The notes below the pieces were generated by a model that was not told where the DNA came from, searched no databases, and was given only the letters and a program-made list of their open reading frames with translations. This document shows positions 29,901-36,543 of a stretch of DNA of 64,000 nt, piece by piece. Source of the DNA: an uncultured candidatus Brocadiaceae bacterium (lineage in GTDB: Bacteria; Planctomycetota; UBA1135; UBA2386); contig CAZMGG010000011.1 of NCBI GenBank assembly GCA_964565715.1, positions 121 to 64,120 of the forward strand. The letters run 5' to 3'. The stretch's first letter is position 1; each line of letters opens with the position of its first letter. Both the position numbers and the translations under genes were made by a program.

Positions 29901-32000
29901 CACGAGACGCACGGCGCGTTCCACCAGCCAGCAGCGGAAGTGCTGCGCCGTGAACGCCGGCACGCACCCCGGCCGGTACTCGCCGACCAGGAGCTCCTTC
30001 GCCAGCACCGCCAGCCACAGCGCGCCGAGGCCCCAGCCCAGCACGCCGACGAACCCGAAGACCGGCGCCAGCAGGATCGTCGCCACCGGCCCCAGCGTCG
30101 TGATGCCGAACGGCAGCAGCGCGAAGGCCAGCAGGTAGAGCACGCCGCCGCCGAGCACCAGGCTCGCCAGCAGCGTCGCGGTCTGGGCGAGACCGAACCA
30201 GAAGGGCTGCCCGGTCGGGGTTGCCTGCGGCGAGGGAGCTGCCGCGGCCGGCGGGACGACGCGCTCGGCCCGCGCCGCCAGCGCGCGCACGGTCCGCAGC
30301 CCATACACGTCCCGCACCGTGAGCCCCGCGGTGCGCGGGTCGGCACGCAGCAGCGAGATCACCAGCGCCGCACGCAGCGAGTCGCCGCCCAGCGCAAAGA
30401 AGTCGTCGTCCGGAGCCGGCGTCGTGCCGAGGCCCTGCGCCATCGCCTTGGCGATCGCGGCCTCGATGCCCACAGCGGGCGTGGCAGCGGTGCTGGTCGC
30501 GGGTCCGCCCAGTTCGGGCAGCGCCCTGCGGTCGAGCTTGCCGCCGATGGTGCGCGGCAGCGTCGCCAGCACGCCGATGCGGGCCGGCACCATGACCGCC
30601 GGCAGCTCGGCTCGCAGCCGTTCCTGCAGGGCCTGGGCGTCCGGCGGCGCCAGGGGATCCTGCGGCACCACGTGCGCCGCCAGCAGGGCCGCGCCGTCGC
30701 TGCCCTGCACGCGGCAGCCGGCCTCGCGCACGCCGGGGCAGCGGCACAGCGCCGCCTCGATCGCCTCCAGCTCCAGCCGATGGCCGCGCAGCTTGACCTG
30801 CGCGTCGATCCTGCCGTGGTACTCGAGGTCGCCGTCCGGCCGGCGCACGACCCGGTCGCCGGTGCGGTAGATCCGGCCGAACACCGGATGGGTGGGGAAC
30901 TGCCGCGCCGTCAGTTCGGGCTGGCCGAGGTAGCCGCGGGCGAGGCCGATGCCGGCGATGCATAGCTCGCCGGGCTCCCCGTCGGCGATCTCGTGCAGGT
31001 CCTTGTCGAGCACGTGGGCGTGGTTGCCCGGCACCGGTTGGCCGATGCTGACCGGCCGGCCGGGCTGCAGGCGCGTGCGCGTCACCGTCACCGAACACTC
31101 GGTCGGCCCGTAGCCGTTCTCCAGCCACAACGCCGCGGCCCAGCGGTCGCACAGGTCCTGCGGCATCGCCTCGCCGCCGGCGTAGCACAGCCGCAGGTCC
31201 GGCAATTCCCGCCCCACGTCGGTGACGTGCATGCTCCGCAGCAGCGTCGGCGGCGGGCACAACACGGTGATCCGTTCCTGCCGCAGCCACGCCGGCAGGT
31301 CCGGGCCGAGCCGCACGGTGGCGTCGTCGAGCAGCACCACCGTGGCGCCGCTGGCGAGCGCCAGGAAGGTCTCCTCGACGGAGCTGTCGTAGGCCGGCGA
31401 GCTGCCCTGGGCGATGCGGTCGCCGGGCCCGAGCCCGAAGCGGCGCACGCCTTCCCGGATCAGGTTGACGACGCCGCCGTGCTCCAGCATCACCGCCTTC
31501 GGCGCGCCGGTGGTGCCCGAGGTGTAGATCAGGTAGGCGAGGCGGTGCGGATCGGCGGGGTGCTCCCATTCGGCGGCCGCTGGCCGCCCATCGGCCAGCG
31601 CCGCTGCGGCGTCGACGATCCGCCCGGCGAAGCCCAGCGCCCGCGCCCGTGCGGTGCCGGCGGCGTCGGTCACCAGCGCCACCGCAGCGCTGTCGTGCAG
31701 CACGTGCCGCAGGTGCGCATCGGGGAAGTGCGGCTCCAGGCACACCCAGGCGGCGCCGGCCCGCAGGATCGCCAGCTTTGCGGCGTAGAGTTCGCAGCCC
31801 TGCCGCGGCAGCAGCACCGCGACCACCCGTTCCCCGCCATCGGGCGGGCCGAGGCGGGCGGCCAGCGCTGCCGCGTCGGCATCGAGTTCGCGGTAGGTGC
31901 GGCCCTGCCGCCGCGGCCGCCCTTCTCCCGGCGGCACGTCGACCGCCGGCGCGTCGGGCCAGCGCCGAAGCGCCGCGGCGAACAGGTCCTGCAGCAGCAT
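27000..32000 (-). CDS. Pls/PosA-type single-module NRPS (A-T, then three TM + hexapeptide-repeat-like modules) fused to a C-terminal DUF418/acyltransferase-like polytopic domain
   Basis: Adenylation motifs LAYLIYTSGTTGAPKAVMLEHGG, GELCIAGIGLARGYLG, YRTGDRV and KLRGHRLELEAIE. Carrier motif FFALGGDSLRA. Three repeats follow of hydrophobic helices plus left-handed-helix-like segments (LGARIGARVHLH..., SGMRIGRRCEIS..., MGMRIGRAVLLG...). A Pro/Ala linker (28020-28105) is followed by LPALDAARGLAVLGMVFVH...RRGPLEELLARM. I chose the ATG at 32000 (MLLQDLF). Confidence 0.85.
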   Translation of the reverse strand: MLLQDLFAAALRRWPDAPAVDVPPGEGRPRRQGRTYRELDADAAALAARLGPPDGGERVVAVLLPRQGCELYAAKLAILRAGAAWVCLEPHFPDAHLRHVLHDSAAVALVTDAAGTARARALGFAGRIVDAAAALADGRPAAAEWEHPADPHRLAYLIYTSGTTGAPKAVMLEHGGVVNLIREGVRRFGLGPGDRIAQGSSPAYDSSVEETFLALASGATVVLLDDATVRLGPDLPAWLRQERITVLCPPPTLLRSMHVTDVGRELPDLRLCYAGGEAMPQDLCDRWAAALWLENGYGPTECSVTVTRTRLQPGRPVSIGQPVPGNHAHVLDKDLHEIADGEPGELCIAGIGLARGYLGQPELTARQFPTHPVFGRIYRTGDRVVRRPDGDLEYHGRIDAQVKLRGHRLELEAIEAALCRCPGVREAGCRVQGSDGAALLAAHVVPQDPLAPPDAQALQERLRAELPAVMVPARIGVLATLPRTIGGKLDRRALPELGGPATSTAATPAVGIEAAIAKAMAQGLGTTPAPDDDFFALGGDSLRAALVISLLRADPRTAGLTVRDVYGLRTVRALAARAERVVPPAAAAPSPQATPTGQPFWFGLAQTATLLASLVLGGGVLYLLAFALLPFGITTLGPVATILLAPVFGFVGVLGWGLGALWLAVLAKELLVGEYRPGCVPAFTAQHFRCWLVERAVRLVPWSLLAGTELQNMALRALGARIGARVHLHRGVDLQRGGWDLLELHDDVTVGQEAALGVCELDQGQLVFGPVTVRRAATLHVRAGMGPGSEIGEGAELGPLAFLPPGGRVPAHERWDGVPARPTGPAETPPGVDRSDDRLPLRHAMRLLLLRFGLQPLLAVPFALLLLLALHLGGVDTPAALAFLQAPLTAPLAVLLVLASTVLELPARLLAAALLLRWGPKVPAGAFSRWHPCYARLWLRTGLLESAGEWLSGTLFWPAWLRLSGMRIGRRCEISTILETLPEHTALGEECFLADGIYLGVPRLRQGVVTVAPAVLGARTFVGNHAVIEGGQRLPDDLLLGVCTIADDRAMRAGTGWFGLPAFALPRREVVTIDRRLTHEPGLLRRGNRLFWEGLRFLLPVVPALLALLWLQLAGRAEARFAADLGLLLPALGSATLVAALAPCLLVLLLKWLLLGRVRAGQHALWSCWASRWDFLYVCWQRWAAPFLQHLEGTLLLPFYLRAMGMRIGRAVLLGPGFSQVVDPDMLRLADHGTVDTMFQAHSFEDRVLKTAPVHVGRGATLGRASVVLYGAAIGEGAVVGPHGVVMKHERLTAGEHYAGAPTAPAAPTAPPVPVPPAVPTVPAARLPALDAARGLAVLGMVFVHTVPTEGDGWALLPALLARLLEGKPAALFCLLAGIAWAVQRGRGPGPRAVGSQTRRALGLIALGIPFGLLLWPTEVLSPLGLLLLLALPVLGRPASRARGLAPGAWVRAPIAAPHIGDQVEADWHEDGTPAMWSAFGLVTVRYYLFDGNYPVLPWLALPLLGIAMVRAGLDRPARLRRWTWLALAALLPLQLVQATADAALADTAAPLAFTWVPTTLPFLLLATSGAVAVTGGCLLLRTNGRAWAPLTAVGRLSLTHYLLHVALLFPLLRAAWPAEDWPMAVGLAAFLGYTALALAVSGPWLRHCRRGPLEELLARMAGPAR

Positions 32001-32011
32001 GGGGCGGGAGG

Positions 32012-32542
32012 CTATCCGCCCGTGCTGCCGCCGCCGTCCTGTTCCTCGCGGACCCGCAGGTGGTCGGCGAGCCAGGGCCGCAGCGTCCGCCGACGCGCCG
32101 GCAAGAGGTGACGGAAGCCGCGCACGACGCCGACGCAGTCCCTGGCACCGCAGCCGCACGGGAACGGGCTCGCCAGTTCCCATTCGGTGGTGTGATAGTC
32201 GAACGTCACCTCGGCGAAGGCCCGGATTCCGGTCCGCGCCAGCAGCGTGCGACCGCGCAGGAACGCATTCGGCGCGCAGGCGTGGTTGAGGAAGCGCCAC
32301 GGATGGTGGTCCATGGCCTCCTCGAGGGCGACCTCGGCCGGCAGCTCGACGTGCTCGTGCGGGCCGACCTGCACCGAGAAGCGCGATGGCACGGGCACGA
32401 CGATGCCGTCGATCGGCAGGACCGGCTCGCCCCGCCGGATCGCCTCGGTGGCGATCACCTGGAACTGGTGACGGGTGCGCACCACCGCGACGCGGCTCTG
32501 TGTGGGCGACGGACGGGACGGGGACGGCTGCAGATCGGTCAT
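32012..32542 (-). CDS. SET-domain protein (putative lysine methyltransferase)
   Basis: WRFLNHACAPNAFL, EVTFDY and the post-SET-like cluster PFPCGCGARDC. The stop lies 11 nt upstream of the NRPS ATG on the same strand. Confidence 0.8.
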   Translation of the reverse strand: MTDLQPSPSRPSPTQSRVAVVRTRHQFQVIATEAIRRGEPVLPIDGIVVPVPSRFSVQVGPHEHVELPAEVALEEAMDHHPWRFLNHACAPNAFLRGRTLLARTGIRAFAEVTFDYHTTEWELASPFPCGCGARDCVGVVRGFRHLLPARRRTLRPWLADHLRVREEQDGGGSTGG

Positions 32543-32588
32543 CGGGCCGCGTGTTACGGGTCCGGGCCCAGGACCTCCACTGGCTGGT

Positions 32589-32614
32589 CCACGCAACACA
32601 GTGTTGTTACGTGG
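32589..32614 (-). promoter_or_regulatory. imperfect palindrome upstream of the SET/NRPS genes
   Basis: ccacg-caacac-a-gtgttg-tta-cgtgg lies 47-72 nt upstream of the SET ATG. It is relatively AT-rich for this genome. Confidence 0.3.
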
Positions 32615-32650
32615 GTTGCGCACAGTGGCCCGCGGCGGACGCGGTCCTGA

Positions 32651-32942
32651 TCAGGACGCGTCGGGCCACGACTGGAGTCCGACAGCGGCGGGATCGGGCC
32701 GGGCATCCGGTCGCACACCCATCCACCAGGGACGCGGGCCCGGACCGTCGATCGCCTCGCCGATCTGGATCCGTCGCCATTGCTCTGCCGGCGACAGCGA
32801 TGCCCACACGAGACCGATCGCCTGCATGATCGAGCAGAACAGCTCTGCCCGCTCGGCGTGCGTCAACCGTTGCATCTCGCGCACCTGCTGCGCCAGTTCG
32901 GCGCGCTCGTCCGGGATCGGCAGCGTGGGCACAGGCGGACGA
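32651..32942 (-). CDS. small hypothetical protein (GTG start, about 96 aa)
   Basis: VPTLPIPDERAELAQQVREMQRLTHAERAELFCSIMQAIGLVWASLSPAEQWRRIQIGEAIDG... The frame has high GC3 and fills the gap between the sulfatase and SET genes. The start was chosen by me. Confidence 0.3.
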
Positions 32943-32984
32943 TAGCGTGGCCGGTCCCGGCCGGCAAACCAGGCGCGCCCGCGG

Positions 32985-34337
32985 TCAGCCGTCCTGGCCG
33001 CCCCAGCGTGGCTCCTGCAGTTCCTTCTCCCACGCCGCCAGCGCCGCCAGCATCGCCTCGAGCCGCTCGCCTTCGTCGGCGGCCCGGTCGTGCCGCTCGC
33101 CGCGGTCGCGCCGCAGGTCGAACAGCTGCGGCGACTGGCCCTCGGCGCCGCGCAGCCACACCAGCTTCCACGGGCCGCGCCGCATCGCCACCGGCCCCTT
33201 GCCGCCATCGATGCGCCAGAACAGGTCGCGCTCGGGCAGCGCGTCCACCGCGCCCCGCAGCCGCGGACCGAGATCGATGCCATCCAGGCGCCATTCCTGC
33301 TCGACCTTGCCGCCGGCCGCGGCCACGAACGTCGGCAGCAGGTCCAGCAGGATCACCGGCTCCTCCAGCACCGTGCCGGGCTGCACCACGGAGGGCCAGC
33401 GGAACGCCAGCGGCACCCGCACGCCGCCCTCCCAGACCTGGCCCTTGCGGCCGCGCAGCGGGCCGTTGTCGGCGCCGGTCTGGGTCTGGCCGCCGTTGTC
33501 GTTGCTGAACACCACCAGGGTGCGGTCGGCGAGGCCGTGCTCCTGCAGCGCGTCCAGCACCGTGCCCACCGCGCGATCGAGCCCGACCAGCAGCCCGAGG
33601 TTGTTGGCCCGGCGCTCCGGCAGCCCGGCCGGTACCCTGGCGCGGTCGGCGGGCTTCGGCTGCAGCGGGCCGTGGGTGGCGGTGAACGACACCATCAGGA
33701 AGAACGGCCGATCCTTGTGTCCGGCGATGTAGCGAGCCGCCGCGGCGCCGAACCGGTCGGTGACGAAGCCCCGCTCGGGCACCGGCTCGCCGTTCTCCTG
33801 GATCACCTGATGCGGCGAAGGGTCGGCGATCGGCTGGTAGCGGCGCGCGCCCTGCAGCAGGCCGTGGAAGAAGGCGAAGCCGCGGCGGTTCGGGTGGTAC
33901 TCGGCGGGATAGCCGAGGTGCCACTTGCCGACCAGGGCGGTGTCGTACTGCAGCGCCGTGAGGCGGTCGGCGACGGTGCGCTCGGCGAGATCCATGCCGC
34001 CCTGCATGTAGCCCGGCGGGATGTTGCGTTCGTGGCCGAAGCGCTGCTGGTAGCGGCCCGTCAGCAGGCCGGCGCGCGATGGCGAGCACACCGCGCCGGT
34101 CACGTAGGCGTCGCTGCAGCGGGCGCCGTCCTTGGCGATCGAGTCGATGCGCGGCGTCAGCGTGCGGCAGTCGGCGGCGGCATCGGGCTGGAAGCCGAAG
34201 TCGGCGAAGCCGGCGTCGTCGCTGAACAGCAGCACGATGTTGGTGGGGGCGGGCTTCGGCGCGGGTGGCGGCGGCGTCGGGTCCTGGGCGAGCAGGGGGA
34301 GGGCGAGGAACTGGAGCGCGAGGACTCGGTGCCGCAT
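32985..34337 (-). CDS. secreted sulfatase (formylglycine-dependent arylsulfatase family)
   Basis: Signal peptide MRHRVLALQFLALPLLAQ. NIVLLFSDDAGFADFG and the CSPSRAGLLTGR formylglycine motif (C-x-P-x-R) are present. Confidence 0.88.
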   Translation of the reverse strand: MRHRVLALQFLALPLLAQDPTPPPPAPKPAPTNIVLLFSDDAGFADFGFQPDAAADCRTLTPRIDSIAKDGARCSDAYVTGAVCSPSRAGLLTGRYQQRFGHERNIPPGYMQGGMDLAERTVADRLTALQYDTALVGKWHLGYPAEYHPNRRGFAFFHGLLQGARRYQPIADPSPHQVIQENGEPVPERGFVTDRFGAAAARYIAGHKDRPFFLMVSFTATHGPLQPKPADRARVPAGLPERRANNLGLLVGLDRAVGTVLDALQEHGLADRTLVVFSNDNGGQTQTGADNGPLRGRKGQVWEGGVRVPLAFRWPSVVQPGTVLEEPVILLDLLPTFVAAAGGKVEQEWRLDGIDLGPRLRGAVDALPERDLFWRIDGGKGPVAMRRGPWKLVWLRGAEGQSPQLFDLRRDRGERHDRAADEGERLEAMLAALAAWEKELQEPRWGGQDG

Positions 34338-34494
34338 GGGGCGATGGTAGCGGCCGGGCTCCGACGACCGGCGTATCATTGCGTTCGGGCGAACGCGGTG
34401 CGCGGGAGGTTGGCCCGTCCTTGCGGCGGTCGGATGGGACCGGTACCAAACGAGGGCTGCCGGCGCGTCGGTGCGCCCTGCGAGGATCCTGCCC

Positions 34495-35544
34495 ATGAAC
34501 GCCAACTCCTTCCTGTTCCCCTTGCTGGTCGTCGTCGCCAGCCCGCTGGCGACCGCCCAGACCCTCGTCTTCGCCACCGACTTCGATGGCGCGCTGCCGG
34601 CGGCCGTCCAGCCGGGCGCTGCGATGCTCGAGGGCGTCCAGGGCTACGCCACGCTCGGCCCGAGCGGGGCGCCGTTCGGCGGCAACATGCTGCGCAGTCC
34701 CACCGGCAACGTCGTCACCCTGCAGCTCACCAACCTGCCGCCGCACAACGCGATCAGCCTCGACTTCCTGTTCGCGGCCATCGACTCGCTGGACGGCACC
34801 GGCACCTATCCGTCCGGCGACTTCTTCAAGATCACGTTGGATGGCAACCCGATCTTCCGCGAGTCCTTCGCCAATGCGCTGGCCTCCCAGGTGCAGAGCT
34901 ACGTGCCGCCGCCGGGGGTCGAACTGGCGCGCCGGGTCGATCTCGGCTTCACCCAGGGCTTCTACTACCTGGACAGCGCCTACTGGCTCGGCAACGATCC
35001 GCAGTTCGCGCGCATCGGCCACACGGCGGCTACCGCGACCTTCACCTTCGAGATGGAAGGGCCGGGCATCCAGCCGCTGTACGACGAGTCGTGGGGCATG
35101 GACCGGCTCCACGTCACGGTGGACTCGGTGACGCACCCGGGATCGGCCACGGCCTACGGCACCGGTTGCGGTCCGACCCTGGCGGCCACCGCGCCGCCGC
35201 GCATCGGCCAGACGCTGCCGCTGCTGATGCAGAACCTGCCGGCGTCGAGCGTGCTGGCGTTCCTGGCGATCGGCGACTCGGCAACCCAGTTCGGTGCGTT
35301 GCCGTTGCCGCTGGCGTTGGACGGTTATGGCGCGCCCGGCTGCTGGCTGCTGCACGACCTGCGCTACAACGGCAGCTCGCCGATGCTGCTGCTCGGCACC
35401 AGCGCGGTGGCCGACATCGCCATCCCGGGGCAGGCGATCTACGCCGGGTTCGTGTTCCGCCTGCAGGGCTGGGCGATCGCACCGGGCAGCAACACGGTGG
35501 GCGTGGTGTTCAGCAACGGCCTGCAGGTGCAGGTGGGGCAGTAG
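34495..35544 (+). CDS. secreted hypothetical protein carrying the shared C-terminal module
   Basis: MNANSFLFPLLVVVASPLATAQ signal peptide (an alternative GTG start is at 34471). The C-terminus reads ...ADIAIPGQAIYAGFVFRLQGWAIAP...VFSNGLQVQVGQ. Confidence 0.6.
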   Translation: MNANSFLFPLLVVVASPLATAQTLVFATDFDGALPAAVQPGAAMLEGVQGYATLGPSGAPFGGNMLRSPTGNVVTLQLTNLPPHNAISLDFLFAAIDSLDGTGTYPSGDFFKITLDGNPIFRESFANALASQVQSYVPPPGVELARRVDLGFTQGFYYLDSAYWLGNDPQFARIGHTAATATFTFEMEGPGIQPLYDESWGMDRLHVTVDSVTHPGSATAYGTGCGPTLAATAPPRIGQTLPLLMQNLPASSVLAFLAIGDSATQFGALPLPLALDGYGAPGCWLLHDLRYNGSSPMLLLGTSAVADIAIPGQAIYAGFVFRLQGWAIAPGSNTVGVVFSNGLQVQVGQ

Positions 35545-36543
35545 CTACCGCAGGTCCGCCCGCGTCACCGCGCCGTCGCCGTTCCGATCGGCGCGCTGGA
35601 AGGCCGCCGGCGGGCCGCCGAACTCGTCCAGGGTGACCCGGCCGTCGCCGTTGAGGTCGAACCGGCCGACGAAGTCGTCGCCGGTGACCATCTTCTTGTA
35701 GCGATCGACCTCCTCGCGGCTCACCGCCGCGTCGCGGTTCTGGTCGATCAGCTCGAACAGCGCGCGATTGCCCTGCCACTCGTTCTGCTCGACGCGCCCG
35801 CTCTTGTCCTTGTCCCATTCGTCGAACGGCACCGGATACGGCTGCGGCCGGCCGCGGTCGCGTTCCTCCTGCTGCAGGCGCTCGCCGATCAGGTACAGCA
35901 GGCGCTGCAGTTCGTCGCGGTCCAGCGCCTGGTCCTTGTCGCGATCGACGTGGGGCAGCGCCAGAAGCAGCTCCTTCATGCGGTCGAACTCGCGGCCGGA
36001 CACCTTGCCGTCGCCGTCCTTGTCGAGCCGCTTCAGGATCGCGTCCGGATCCAGGTACTCGCCGCGGAGCTCGGGCAGGGGCGGCTTCGGCGGCGGCGCG
36101 GCGGCGCGGGCCTCGCTGAGGTCCTTCTGGTCGATCACGCCGCTGCCGTCGAGGTCCAGCGTCGCGAATGCCGCCTCGCTGCCGGTCCACTCGGCGCGGG
36201 TCACCTTGCCGTCGCGGTTCGGGTCGAAGCGGGACAGGACGGCGAGGCGCTGCAGGGCCAGCGACTCGGCGGTGGCGCGCGGTCGCGGCTCGACCTTGTT
36301 GCGGTAGCTGGCGCGCAGGAAGCGCTGCGCCACCTCGCTGGTGACGAACTCGTCGGCGCCGACGCTGCCGTTGCGATCCTTGTCCATCTGCGCGAACTGG
36401 CGGTCCGAGCCCGGGAACTCCTTGCGCTCGAGGCTGCCGTTGCCGTCCTGGTCGAAGGCCTCGAACTGCTGGCGCAGGAGCTTCTGCTCGTCCTGCGCGA
36501 ACAGCGGACCGACCAGCAGGAAGAGCAGGGCGAGGCGTCTCAT
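35545..36543 (-). CDS. secreted EF-hand calcium-binding repeat protein
   Basis: Signal peptide MRRLALLFLLVGPLFAQ. About ten DxDxDG-type loops are present (DQDGNGSLERKEF, DKDRNGSVGADEF, DPNRDGKVTRAEW, DLDGSGVIDQKDL, DKDGDGKVSGREF, DKDKSGRVEQNEW, DLNGDGRVTLDEF, DRNGDGAVTRADL and others). Its ATG overlaps the upstream gene stop (ATGA). Confidence 0.85.
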   Translation of the reverse strand: MRRLALLFLLVGPLFAQDEQKLLRQQFEAFDQDGNGSLERKEFPGSDRQFAQMDKDRNGSVGADEFVTSEVAQRFLRASYRNKVEPRPRATAESLALQRLAVLSRFDPNRDGKVTRAEWTGSEAAFATLDLDGSGVIDQKDLSEARAAAPPPKPPLPELRGEYLDPDAILKRLDKDGDGKVSGREFDRMKELLLALPHVDRDKDQALDRDELQRLLYLIGERLQQEERDRGRPQPYPVPFDEWDKDKSGRVEQNEWQGNRALFELIDQNRDAAVSREEVDRYKKMVTGDDFVGRFDLNGDGRVTLDEFGGPPAAFQRADRNGDGAVTRADLR

